A stretch of 64,000 nucleotides of DNA from a phage. Below are positions 47,759 through 57,274 of this stretch, piece after piece. Position numbers and translations under genes: made by a program. The DNA is taken from the sequence record OZ346189.1; one strand, given 5' to 3'. Numbering within the stretch: the first letter of the stretch is position 1; the number at the start of each line of letters is the position of its first letter. A model generated the notes under the pieces. It was not told the origin of the DNA. It did no database searches and saw only the letters and a list, made by a program, of their open reading frames with translations.

Positions 47759-48087
47759 GCTTCCTCGTCCTCCTCTCCTTCATCAGGAGCATAAGCCTTA
47801 TCTTTGAACAAGACGAGAGAGCAAAGCTTAACATCTGTTTCCACACTGGTGAACATGCATAACCGCTCGCCCTCAATCAGCTCACAATCCTCTTTTAAAA
47901 CAGCAGACCATACACGGTCATCTGCGTAATCATCCGTGTACAGGATGTATGAAATGGTGTCATCTTCATACAACCGCCACATACCTGTGGCAACAACGAA
48001 TGTATTTTTTGTTTTAAGTGTCCCTGTTGTGTGATCATCCTCAAAAACAGCTTCCATAATTGCGTTATCTACAGCATTTTTAGTCAT
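47755..48087 (-). CDS. hypothetical protein
   Basis: ORF, coupled. Confidence 0.4.
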   Translation of the reverse strand: MTKNAVDNAIMEAVFEDDHTTGTLKTKNTFVVATGMWRLYEDDTISYILYTDDYADDRVWSAVLKEDCELIEGERLCMFTSVETDVKLCSLVLFKDKAYAPDEGEEDEEA

Positions 48088-49226
48088 CAGATTGCTCCAA
48101 CATTTCTAAGAACGTTAACAAGTTTTGTCTGGTCATTAAATGTCCGCTTCATATACAAACAGTCAAAAATTATACTCATCCATTGACCTACGGAAATTCT
48201 ACGATCAATACCATTGAAGTCAGTATACTTAACAACACCTTTCGGGAACCACTTCTTGTACTGATCAATAATAGCCACCCACATCTCCTTTGGAGTGCTG
48301 CACTGAGACAGTAGGTAGAATGCTGAGGCATCCCCGAACTTACCCTTACCGATAAGTCCTTGATACGGCTTGATGTTGTCAGCAGAGTCACCACACAGCA
48401 TTTGGTATCCGAAGAACAGCATCCCGTAACCGCCAACCTCTCCATTAGGCTTCATGAAGATGTTCCCCATACCGTTATCGATCAGCATAGGGGTTTCCCT
48501 TACAAAATCTCCCTTATCGTTTCGCATGGGATCGAACACAAGCCCCGGTAGTGTTCTTTGGTCCTTATCAATAGAGATAATAAACTTGTTGAACTTACCT
48601 GTTTTTTGGTAGTGGTTCCAACCTTCAAATTGCTGGATAGCTAACCAGTCGTCAGCCTCGATACCGTTGATCACTTGAGCATTATACTGCTTTTGGAGAT
48701 ACTGTCTTGCATCTCCAAGCAGCAGTGGTCTAAGAGTATTGTTACGGTTGGCTTTATATCTTTCCGGCATGGGAAGATCTAGTCTGAAATTACCTGTGCC
48801 TCCAAGTACCCCCACGCACCGATCTTCCGGAATACCGAGATAATTAAGGACTGCATTAGCTTTACACTTAATTGTGTGCAAGCAGTTCTCTACAGGATCA
48901 GGGGTTTGGATATCCAAGACATCGAAATCTTCTCGTGTCCACGGAATAAACTCCTTGCCAGCCTTTTTACATGCAGCTTCACGGTTGGTATTCTCAGCTT
49001 TTAACCAACCACCAACGGTGTTCTTCTGCCGCCCCCAGAACTCTGTTCGTGTTTTAAACATCTTCTTACGTCCGGAGGCTTTGTGTGTTACCTCAATTGT
49101 CCTTTTTTCACAACTTGCTGCAGCTTGATATGCAACCTGATCGAAGTCATAATAAACTATAGCGTCAGGTTCAAGAAGATCAGCTAGACAATCTATGGAC
49201 TCAATAAGTGGATATTCTCTACTCAA
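48087..49226 (-). CDS. 5'-3' exonuclease / flap endonuclease (FEN/RNase H-type)
   Basis: EADDWLA motif and H3TH-like CGDSADNIKPYQGLIGKGKFGDA. Confidence 0.5.
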   Translation of the reverse strand: MSREYPLIESIDCLADLLEPDAIVYYDFDQVAYQAAASCEKRTIEVTHKASGRKKMFKTRTEFWGRQKNTVGGWLKAENTNREAACKKAGKEFIPWTREDFDVLDIQTPDPVENCLHTIKCKANAVLNYLGIPEDRCVGVLGGTGNFRLDLPMPERYKANRNNTLRPLLLGDARQYLQKQYNAQVINGIEADDWLAIQQFEGWNHYQKTGKFNKFIISIDKDQRTLPGLVFDPMRNDKGDFVRETPMLIDNGMGNIFMKPNGEVGGYGMLFFGYQMLCGDSADNIKPYQGLIGKGKFGDASAFYLLSQCSTPKEMWVAIIDQYKKWFPKGVVKYTDFNGIDRRISVGQWMSIIFDCLYMKRTFNDQTKLVNVLRNVGAI

Positions 49227-49527
49227 AGACCCTCCTGTTAGTTATTCTGCAAGATGGTTGGATGCTGTAATGAAATGCATCATCACTCTCTGCAATAAGT
49301 GACTCAACATCCCAATACTTTTCAAAAAGGAACGGATTAGACCCCCAGTGGTGGGTTATTTTCATCAATGAGTCTGGTAGCAGATAGCCACAGATCTTAA
49401 TTACATCACCAGGTTGAATTGTGTTTTCATAGAGGTTGCTTTCCTTCTTCAGAATAATACCTTTATGATTCTCGTTTGCATACAACTGGACAATATCTTT
49501 ATCTTCAACAATAAAAATTTTAAGCAT
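49219..49527 (-). CDS. hypothetical protein
   Basis: ORF. Confidence 0.4.
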   Translation of the reverse strand: MLKIFIVEDKDIVQLYANENHKGIILKKESNLYENTIQPGDVIKICGYLLPDSLMKITHHWGSNPFLFEKYWDVESLIAESDDAFHYSIQPSCRITNRRVFE

Positions 49528-49586
49528 GTCTAGTTCTCCTAGTTTATAAATATCTGACTGATAATATCAGATTAATAACACTTTTG

Positions 49587-49883
49587 TCAAGACTTTTTAG
49601 TCTTTCTTGGAGAGCTTTTTGTTGATCTTTTCCTTTTGTGGTAGATTCCAAGTGCAGCGTTTTCTTGGGCGCACGTTTTAACAGTTCTCAGAGAAGAACT
49701 TTCAGCTTTAGGCAGGTTTAACTCCCACCAACCGAGCCAGTAAAGTTCTGATTCCGACAGCTGCTCAGATTCAGCCTTCCGATACAATGATTGCATACCT
49801 CTAATGATGTCGTCCAGAGGTGTATCGAATACAAAAGCTGTCTTATCAAATTTCTCTTTTACAGGTTTCTTAGCCATGCTCAC
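49587..49883 (-). CDS. hypothetical basic protein
   Basis: ORF. Confidence 0.4.
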   Translation of the reverse strand: MSMAKKPVKEKFDKTAFVFDTPLDDIIRGMQSLYRKAESEQLSESELYWLGWWELNLPKAESSSLRTVKTCAQENAALGIYHKRKRSTKSSPRKTKKS

Positions 49884-50754
49884 CTCTCACACAATCATCC
49901 ACTGACTTCATAAACTCTTGCACCCAAAGTGCCCCTATTTGAGGAACTATGGCGTTACCGAAGCCTTTGTGGCGAGACAATCCCATTGGGGTGGATAGCC
50001 CATCAACCAACAAGGGAATGCCGGGTTCAGGAAGTTTACGCCATTTTCCGTCTCGGCATAGATACTGTCTTGTATGCTCCCACACCCGTAATACATCCTC
50101 ACCTGCTCCCACAGATTCCCAGGACTTAATGACTTCCTGCCAGTTGCTAAGCGTTGTTGCTTGCGCCTTTCCATCGCTTCCTGAGATCTGCACCCTACCT
50201 GAGTTACCGTAGGGGTTAACCACGTTGCTAACTGCCCCGAAGTAAAGTCGTTCGCGGCGGTGCGGGGCGTTGAGGATTGCAGCATTAAGTATGGAAGCCC
50301 CGAAGCTGTAACCAGCGTTTTCCATTTCATTCTGCATATCGTCGAGCCATCCGGATTCAATCGCTTTTGCAACCTGCTCTCCAAACATGAACTCAGGTTT
50401 AAGCTGTTTAACGAGCCGGAGGTATGTTGGTGCAAGATGTCTTGGGTCAAATTTTCCACGTTGCTTACCTGCTTGAGAGAAAGGTTGGCAGCACGGAGAT
50501 CCTGTGCATACCGACCAAGTTTCTGGAATGCCAGCAAGTTTCAAGGCCAAAGGCCATCCACCTATACCAGCGAAGAAGTGCCACTGTGTGAAACCTCTAA
50601 GATCTTCTACAGTAACCTCTGTAATAGAACGATCATCCACCTCGCCTTGAGGAAGTAGTCCTAAAGATATTAGATTCTTCAACCAAGCAACTGCATCTTT
50701 ATCATTGTCATTGTAGTATACCACACTTAATTCTCCAAATACTGATGTATCCAA
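49870..50754 (-). CDS. DNA (cytosine-5)-methyltransferase
   Basis: motif I FFAGIGG, motif IV GSPCCQPFSQAG, motif VIII HRRER, motif X GNAIVPQ. Confidence 0.65.
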   Translation of the reverse strand: MDTSVFGELSVVYYNDNDKDAVAWLKNLISLGLLPQGEVDDRSITEVTVEDLRGFTQWHFFAGIGGWPLALKLAGIPETWSVCTGSPCCQPFSQAGKQRGKFDPRHLAPTYLRLVKQLKPEFMFGEQVAKAIESGWLDDMQNEMENAGYSFGASILNAAILNAPHRRERLYFGAVSNVVNPYGNSGRVQISGSDGKAQATTLSNWQEVIKSWESVGAGEDVLRVWEHTRQYLCRDGKWRKLPEPGIPLLVDGLSTPMGLSRHKGFGNAIVPQIGALWVQEFMKSVDDCVRGEHG

Positions 50755-51173
50755 GAAAAGTCAGTCTTCCATTCCGGAACCTTGCTAAGCTCCCGCCACT
50801 CTGCAAAGCAGTCTCGATAATAAGCCTCTGCCATGCCCTTGGTGATCTTATTCACCTTAGCCAACTGATTAACTGCCTGAGCATACTTTCCACGGATATT
50901 TGCTAACCCAGGGTGCACCGATGTGTGACAATCCGGGCACAACGCTATCAGTCCGACAAGACGGATCACTCCATCTTCGAAAGTGTAAAGTTCATGACAC
51001 TCCACTGGGTGTTTGCTGCCCTTACCGCCGCACACCTCACAAGTGTAGTTGGCTTCTCTGTAGCACTTCTTACGGATCTTATCCCACTCACTCTTCTTCA
51101 CAGCGTTTCGGAGGTTATTATACCAAGCTGTTTCTGGGATCAGTTGCACAATAAGCCTGCGTTCAGACTTCAT
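50727..51173 (-). mobile_element. HNH endonuclease (free-standing)
   Basis: CEVCGG...HPVECHELY...CPDCH motif; start MKSERR at 51173 (track ORF to 51242). Confidence 0.5.
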
Positions 51174-51201
51174 TAAACGTCCGTCTTCCACGTGTTCTCC
51201 C

Positions 51202-51408
51202 TCATTCAAAGAAATGGGTGCGAGGGCAGGAACCTGCCTCACCTTGTTTCACAAGCTCGTAGAGCTCACCTTGGCCTGTCTCATAAAGGCAAATACGTTT
51301 ACCATTGTCCCGATATACATCGACAAGATACGCTGTTTCACCTGCAAACACGACACCACAGGCCAGACATGCTGTCATGAACAAAATTGCCAACAGAAAA
51401 TCTTTCAT
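51202..51408 (-). CDS. small secreted protein (signal peptide)
   Basis: MKDFLLAILFMTACLACGVVFA signal-like N-terminus; immediately downstream of the endolysin. Confidence 0.4.
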   Translation of the reverse strand: MKDFLLAILFMTACLACGVVFAGETAYLVDVYRDNGKRICLYETGQGELYELVKQGEAGSCPRTHFFE

Positions 51409-51471
51409 GGTTAAACCCTCCTAAACATTTTATGAGGTAACAATACCACGTCCGTGTGGTTATGTCAATGA

Positions 51472-51942
51472 TCAATCCAGGACAACGCCACCTGCTTTTT
51501 TAAACACATCGATCAACTTCTCGATCTTCTGTTCATGCTGACCATATCCAGCACCAGGTAGCGAAGCCCAGCGGGAACGGCATTTGTGGATAGCTTCGTG
51601 GATACGCCCTTCGTCAATGTCAGCGAGAGCCTTGCACTCACGGATCAGTTGCAACGCAATCTTGTCCTGACTGGCAGGGCCAAAATCTGGTAATCCTAGC
51701 TGCTTCATATAGTGTTTAGCGAACTTCTCCAAAACCTGGTAACGCCCAGCAGCGGAGGAGGTAAGTTTAGCATTTAGCTTAACGTAAACACCGGGATGCT
51801 TGCTGTAATCGCTGAACAGCTTGCCACCGACTATGACATCGTATCCACGATCCTTGGTAGGTTGTCTACCATTATCTGTGCCTTCCGAATATGCGATCAT
51901 ATCCAAGAAAGCTTTTCGTTGAACATTTTTATCAAGTTTCAT
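51472..51942 (-). CDS. endolysin, lambda R-like lytic transglycosylase
   Basis: QRKAFLDMIAYSEGTDNGRQ...GYDVIVGG...AGRYQ...WASLPGAGYGQ closely matches phage lambda R. Confidence 0.85.
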   Translation of the reverse strand: MKLDKNVQRKAFLDMIAYSEGTDNGRQPTKDRGYDVIVGGKLFSDYSKHPGVYVKLNAKLTSSAAGRYQVLEKFAKHYMKQLGLPDFGPASQDKIALQLIRECKALADIDEGRIHEAIHKCRSRWASLPGAGYGQHEQKIEKLIDVFKKAGGVVLD

Positions 51943-52066
51943 TTTTCATACTCTCCAGTTTACTCATAACTAACCCGATCAACAACACTGCATAGTGTGG
52001 TTATGTAGGTGCCAATTGAAAAACCATCATTCAATTGACTACCGTTGCCTACTAAACCTTCCTACA

Positions 52067-53350
52067 TCATTCCAGCACCTCCCAAGTGTCTGGGTTAACA
52101 TTCCGGACGCAGATACCGACAGGGAATTGGTAGTTGTTGTCTTCTGTCCTTGCTTGATATTTGAAGGTGACAAACTTGCCGATCATTTCCTGCATTCTGT
52201 CATAGCTACGCTCCTCGTGCGTACCTTTCATCTTCATTTTAACAACAACACCTTCCTTGTCAACACAGATAAGAACACCTTCATCATTCTTATCTTTCTC
52301 AACGTCAATAACTTTCACCTCTGCGTCGTTGAACTTTTTCCATTTCAATGCTTCAGATGTTCGCTGACCATACTCATATTTACCGCAGAAATTACGCATG
52401 ATAGTACCTTCATATCCTTCGGACATGAATATACCAACAGATTCTTCGCAATGATCAACTGTGTACGCAAGCTCTGCGTCAACAACCTTGATATGATCAA
52501 GCATCAGAGTGGTAACGGTATCCTCTGCATCCATAAGATCCTTGCAGCGTCCAGACTCTGTTTCTGGATCCCACCACACCTTGTCGCTAGGAATATCAAA
52601 AATGTGATACTCCAGATCGTAGCTACAGTATCCACCGTAACGCAAATCATCACGAACAGGCTCAACATCGACAGGAATATCTACCTTGTTGAAGTTTTTG
52701 TATGTTGATAAGCCTGCCTTAATTGCTGCATGACGGCGTTTTTTATCTGCCTCATAGTCTTTATCGATCTCGGCCTGAATCTCTTCCTGTGTGCGCCACC
52801 GTTTAGCAAGAGACACTATTTTCTGCAAAGGAAGACCATGAATGTATAGTTCCCCATCAAGTTGTTTAATCCCAGTGGTAGAATGGAAAGAACGAAGTTG
52901 CTCTAAAAGCTTTCCTTGAATAGGGTAGGACTTATTACCACGGGAAATAAATTTAGGCTCACCATTTTGGAAAACAACAAGCAGACGAAGGCCATCTAAC
53001 TTACGCAAGATCCAGCAAGGTAATTTAAGTGCCTTGCCACGCTTCAGGTAGTCATGCACCAGCATAGGTAAAAGATCAACACCCTGCTCGCAATCTTCCA
53101 TGTTTTCAACATACCCCAGACGGACTTGTTTTTCCCACTTGCTGATAGCCTCAAGCTCGGCCTGTTGCTCAGCTGTAGTCTCGTTGGCACGACCTACGTT
53201 TTTAGGTGTGCATACCGTCTCTTTGTACTGCAATTTACCGTCAAGCTTGCCAAACTCTACGATAACCTTTTCGCCATCAGTGAATACTTTCCACTGTTGG
53301 TAGCTGCCATCTTTGTTCAGTGCGTACAGTGTTGTTTTGATTTGATGCAT
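52067..53350 (-). CDS. ATP-dependent DNA ligase
   Basis: adenylation motif I RKLDGLR (KxDG), motif IV EGTIMR, motif V LKWKK. Confidence 0.75.
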   Translation of the reverse strand: MHQIKTTLYALNKDGSYQQWKVFTDGEKVIVEFGKLDGKLQYKETVCTPKNVGRANETTAEQQAELEAISKWEKQVRLGYVENMEDCEQGVDLLPMLVHDYLKRGKALKLPCWILRKLDGLRLLVVFQNGEPKFISRGNKSYPIQGKLLEQLRSFHSTTGIKQLDGELYIHGLPLQKIVSLAKRWRTQEEIQAEIDKDYEADKKRRHAAIKAGLSTYKNFNKVDIPVDVEPVRDDLRYGGYCSYDLEYHIFDIPSDKVWWDPETESGRCKDLMDAEDTVTTLMLDHIKVVDAELAYTVDHCEESVGIFMSEGYEGTIMRNFCGKYEYGQRTSEALKWKKFNDAEVKVIDVEKDKNDEGVLICVDKEGVVVKMKMKGTHEERSYDRMQEMIGKFVTFKYQARTEDNNYQFPVGICVRNVNPDTWEVLE

Positions 53351-53619
53351 TACTCGGCCTCTTCCTTAAAAATTTTAAACATCTCTTCTTTACTCATTAC
53401 CAACCAGTCTCCCATAAAGTCAACTAACCAATCTCCCTGGTACAAAACCAAGTTGCCAAACGGCTCAACAAGCTCACACATGCGACGAATATCTCTGGTC
53501 CGAACAGGTGACGATGTAAACACACCTGTATCAATCCACCGTTGCAGATCAGATACTGATGAAGAGCTTCCATCAAACTGGTGTGCTTCTACAGGTTTAG
53601 CAAGATTAAATAACGGCAT
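53350..53619 (-). CDS. hypothetical protein
   Basis: ORF, coupled. Confidence 0.4.
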   Translation of the reverse strand: MPLFNLAKPVEAHQFDGSSSSVSDLQRWIDTGVFTSSPVRTRDIRRMCELVEPFGNLVLYQGDWLVDFMGDWLVMSKEEMFKIFKEEAE

Positions 53620-53914
53620 TGCAGTCCTCCTTCTGTAGTAGGTCTTTTATAGGATAAACAAGTAAGTGTGGATCGGAATAACGTATAGTCCTATTCTGCC
53701 ATACTATGAACTTTATTACAACCAAATTTACAATATCTTTATCACCATGTAGCCCAACACACACATTTGTCCATATTTTGTGGTTGAAGATCTTGCTATC
53801 GATGTAGATTTTAGTGTCAAACTTATCTTCCATTCTACCTATAAGTTTGATCAGCTCCTTCATCTGGTCGCCAAACACAGCATCTTTTTCAAGATCTCTG
53901 GAATGCTTGTACAT
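53606..53914 (-). CDS. hypothetical protein
   Basis: ORF. Confidence 0.4.
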   Translation of the reverse strand: MYKHSRDLEKDAVFGDQMKELIKLIGRMEDKFDTKIYIDSKIFNHKIWTNVCVGLHGDKDIVNLVVIKFIVWQNRTIRYSDPHLLVYPIKDLLQKEDCNAVI

Positions 53915-53976
53915 AACTAACTACCTCACTGCATACTTTCCATAATAAGTAAAGCCGGGTAATCCCGGCTATGTTG

Positions 53977-54690
53977 TTAAATATACTCTGTTACATCCTT
54001 GAAGCTCGAAGGCTTCATAATCTTACCTTTACTGTCAAGGAATATAATAGCTTTATTACCGTTGTAGAACTCCTCTTTAGCAACGAAACCTTCGTAGCGA
54101 CCACCAAAACGACGCTCAAGATCTTCAATCTCTAACTCTATGAGCAATTCAGTAGACATATCTGCACTGGCACCGTGAGAATATCGTAGATGGTTGATCC
54201 GTGCAAACTTGCTGTCATTAGATTTGAGAACCTTCCGCATCATCCCACACACATCGCCGCGAAGCTGGAACAGCAAAGCTGTTGACAACTCCGCTAAGCG
54301 GTAAGCTGACGCTCTTTGCTTGGATGTGTTTTTCGCAGCGATCAGTGTATCATAGAACTCACCGATCTTGAACTTAAGACCTCGTGGATTATCAAACAGG
54401 TTTGACCACTTTTCGTGATTATCATTAACAAGATAAGCGGCATAACTTGTGACAACGTGAAGATCGCAGGCCTCTTTTAGCAGGTGATCTCCACCATCAC
54501 CTTTCTCCAGCTCTTCCAAAACCTCATTGAACTCTTCCTCAATGAAGCTAAGCTGTAATTCGAATGGTGTGTATGATTTTTTCACTTTAGCTGCCACACG
54601 GTTCCAGTTTTCCACCCAGTTGGCAGACCAAAGGTAGTTTTCAGGCTGAGACAGTTTTTCCAGGTTGTCGATCAGTTTAGTATTCAGCAT
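53977..54690 (-). CDS. hypothetical protein (weak MazG-like EExxE pattern)
   Basis: ORF; EEEFNEVLEELEK resembles all-alpha NTP pyrophosphatases but is not diagnostic. Confidence 0.35.
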   Translation of the reverse strand: MLNTKLIDNLEKLSQPENYLWSANWVENWNRVAAKVKKSYTPFELQLSFIEEEFNEVLEELEKGDGGDHLLKEACDLHVVTSYAAYLVNDNHEKWSNLFDNPRGLKFKIGEFYDTLIAAKNTSKQRASAYRLAELSTALLFQLRGDVCGMMRKVLKSNDSKFARINHLRYSHGASADMSTELLIELEIEDLERRFGGRYEGFVAKEEFYNGNKAIIFLDSKGKIMKPSSFKDVTEYI

Positions 54691-54703
54691 TGAAGGTCTC
54701 CTT

Positions 54704-55465
54704 TTAAAGTTCCATAAAGTTTTCTACAGTTTCAATAAATGCTTTATCAGAGAAAGCGTCAACAGCACCGTTAAACCATACAGGGATCCCGCGATCCTCA
54801 TATTGATAAAGGTCGCTACGTGAAATGCCACTTCCATCTGCACTCTGCGAGTCATACTTGTTTACAATCAGCAGTTTTGTGCCTTTACAAGTAGCAGGAA
54901 ACAATTCCCAGTTAAAATTAATAACTGTGTTAGAACAACCTACTAGGATCACCATATCATTGCTTGTGAGAGATGTCAACAGGTCATACATGTCTGTATA
55001 CTTAGGAGCAACCTCACCGAAGAACACTACATTGGGCTTAACCCAGGTATACTTGCCTGTATCTACCTCCGTGTATCCGATATTTTTAATTACATCATTA
55101 CCTTCAGCATCTTCGTAGGTGATTTCAGGCAAATACCCGTGGACATGTAAAATATCTTCATGTTTTACACCAGCACGCTCCAGCAAATCATCTACATTGG
55201 TGGTAAGGTTGATCACACGACCAGACCAGCGGGAATACCACTCAGCGATCCGAAGATGTGCAAGGTTAGGATCAACACTGCCCAGAGCTACACGACGTGC
55301 ATTGTAAAAGTCATGCACCTTATAGTAATTCTTGGCAAAGGTGTGAATGTTGCACACCTCATCGATGCTGAAATTCTCCCACATTGCAGTGCTACCAGAT
55401 CGGAAAGTGGGAATACCAGATTCAGCGCTCAAACCAGCACCGGAGATAATAATCAGTCGTCGCAT
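54704..55465 (-). CDS. Sir2-family (sirtuin-like) NAD-dependent protein
   Basis: N-terminal GAGLSAESGIPTFRS matches the sirtuin NAD-binding signature (GAG.S..SGIP.FR); no obvious CxxC zinc ribbon. Confidence 0.65.
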   Translation of the reverse strand: MRRLIIISGAGLSAESGIPTFRSGSTAMWENFSIDEVCNIHTFAKNYYKVHDFYNARRVALGSVDPNLAHLRIAEWYSRWSGRVINLTTNVDDLLERAGVKHEDILHVHGYLPEITYEDAEGNDVIKNIGYTEVDTGKYTWVKPNVVFFGEVAPKYTDMYDLLTSLTSNDMVILVGCSNTVINFNWELFPATCKGTKLLIVNKYDSQSADGSGISRSDLYQYEDRGIPVWFNGAVDAFSDKAFIETVENFMEL

Positions 55466-55473
55466 AAGTGTCC

Positions 55474-55824
55474 TCAGTAGATGTTTTGTTTAATCTCTAT
55501 TCCAAACTTCTTGAATGAGTCAGCAGCAAGCATAAATTTACGAGCTGCCGATGGATTAGAAGTATGCACGAAAATAATCACGTTGTCAATAAGTGGTGGC
55601 TTTCCGAATACAAGTTTCTCCTCTAGCGCAGAGAAGCAGTCGTACCCTTCAAGCACTTCACCTAGATCATTGTCAAAATACCACTCAGATACGCGTCTGT
55701 AGAGCTTTCTCTTATCATTAAGAAAATCCATAAACTCAGAAGAATTCTTTAGCCACAGAGCGTCTGGGAGTCCATAATCTGACGGATCTCTAAAATCATC
55801 AAGCCACACAATCCACTTCTTCAT
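55474..55824 (-). CDS. receiver-like (CheY-fold) small protein
   Basis: KKWIVWLDDFRD, FDNDLGE, IIFVHTSNP and a late K resemble the receiver-domain layout; weak. Confidence 0.35.
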   Translation of the reverse strand: MKKWIVWLDDFRDPSDYGLPDALWLKNSSEFMDFLNDKRKLYRRVSEWYFDNDLGEVLEGYDCFSALEEKLVFGKPPLIDNVIIFVHTSNPSAARKFMLAADSFKKFGIEIKQNIY

Positions 55825-56756
55825 TGCATATAGTCCTCGTTGTGGAAATAGTAGTCCAGTATCTCACGACGCTCCTGCTCTAATAAGCAATTCCACACAT
55901 CTTCTGTATAGTTGCTACGAATAAATTTTACCATACCGTAAAACTCTTCGTCAACACGTTTAAAGATATCATCATCCCAAATCTTCCAAGCTTTACCCCT
56001 CATTACTGCCTTCTGTGCCAGATAGTATGGAGACTTGATCTTCAGCTGCAGATCATAAGGGTAGTAAGGCTTACGAATCATATACCCTTCACCTCTTGTT
56101 TCTGCAGCTAATTCTTTTGCATAGCTGAACGGAATTTCACGCACAGTGTTAGGACGTTTTGCACCAAGGTATTTGGCAATCCCATCTAAAGCTGCTTCTG
56201 GTAGCATTATTCCAGAATCATTATATCTGCAACCTATCAAATATGCGCCATGGTCTTCTTGAACAATATGCGGATCTGAAGGGTGACAAATTTCAAACAT
56301 GAATGTCATGTTTTCATTGCCCATAACCTTCTTGATAAGATCTAAATTACCACATTGCTCTTGGATGGTTTCCTTTGCAAGGTTACAATATGGAGAATCA
56401 AGAGACCCGGTTGTTGAGAACAATAGGTCACCTTTATGAGATGATACCACACCAAGGAATCCGTTCTTTTTCTCTACCGCAGTCACAAGCTTATTGTCAG
56501 GCAGGTTGGTGGAGTTTTCTCCCAAGTTAAACACTTTTGTGAAGGGCCATGCCACAACATTTCCTTCATTACCTACAACAATGCCTCGGCACTCCAGTAA
56601 ACGAGGGGACAAATGCCATAAATTGTTGTAAAATACTTTTCTAGCATATTTATAGATCTTTAACCCGAGATCTGGGTAATACCTACTGGTTGCAAGACCT
56701 TTGTCAACTAGGTCGTCTGCATTAAAATACTTCATTATATGTTCCTCATTTGTCAT
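55821..56756 (-). CDS. RNA ligase-like nucleotidyltransferase
   Basis: ligase-superfamily motifs KKNGF (motif I variant), EGYMIR (motif IV), LKIK (motif V); adjacent to polynucleotide kinase. Confidence 0.5.
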   Translation of the reverse strand: MTNEEHIMKYFNADDLVDKGLATSRYYPDLGLKIYKYARKVFYNNLWHLSPRLLECRGIVVGNEGNVVAWPFTKVFNLGENSTNLPDNKLVTAVEKKNGFLGVVSSHKGDLLFSTTGSLDSPYCNLAKETIQEQCGNLDLIKKVMGNENMTFMFEICHPSDPHIVQEDHGAYLIGCRYNDSGIMLPEAALDGIAKYLGAKRPNTVREIPFSYAKELAAETRGEGYMIRKPYYPYDLQLKIKSPYYLAQKAVMRGKAWKIWDDDIFKRVDEEFYGMVKFIRSNYTEDVWNCLLEQERREILDYYFHNEDYMQ

Positions 56757-56856
56757 TTTGTCAGTCTATCCTGCCACACAAATAACTTAGTGTCAACACT
56801 TGAAATTAACAAAACAGTTAGGTATACTACCGTTGAAATTAAAACGGAGGGTCGCT

Positions 56857-57267
56857 ATGTCTAAAATGCTATATATCGTGCGTGGTCTACCAGGGTCTGG
56901 CAAATCAACACTGGCAAATGCGCTATCTTTAGAGGGTCTGTATCCACATTTTGAGAACGACATGTTCTGGTATGACGATGACGGCAATTACAACTGGGAT
57001 GCAAGTAAAGTAACACTCGCAGCAAAATGGTGCAAAGATAACGTAGAAGATATGATGCGTATGGGATACGACCGTATCGTGGTAAGTAATACGTTTACAA
57101 AAGAAAAACATGTGCAGGAATATGTTGACATGGCAATCACTCATGGGTATAGTTATACCGTGATCGTGGTTGAAAACCGCCACGGCAATAAAAGCATTCA
57201 TGATGTTCCAGACAAGGTTGTGGATCGTATGGAACGCCAGCTTAAAAACTGCATTAAACTTAAATGA
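56857..57267 (+). CDS. polynucleotide 5'-kinase (T4 Pnk kinase-domain-like)
   Basis: P-loop GLPGSGKST and C-terminal HDVPDKVVDRM resembling T4 Pnk; ACGGAGGG RBS. Confidence 0.65.
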   Translation: MSKMLYIVRGLPGSGKSTLANALSLEGLYPHFENDMFWYDDDGNYNWDASKVTLAAKWCKDNVEDMMRMGYDRIVVSNTFTKEKHVQEYVDMAITHGYSYTVIVVENRHGNKSIHDVPDKVVDRMERQLKNCIKLK

Positions 57268-57274
57268 GGAATGT

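Noticed and set aside
51202-51408. o-spanin or lipoprotein call for the small protein next to the endolysin
   Set aside because: The signal peptide lacks a convincing lipobox (no L at -3 before Cys) and the mature part is not proline-rich; the true o-spanin is at 62372..62659.
51995-52708. 237-aa plus-strand ORF
   Set aside because: It lies entirely antisense within the DNA ligase gene, which has clear catalytic motifs.
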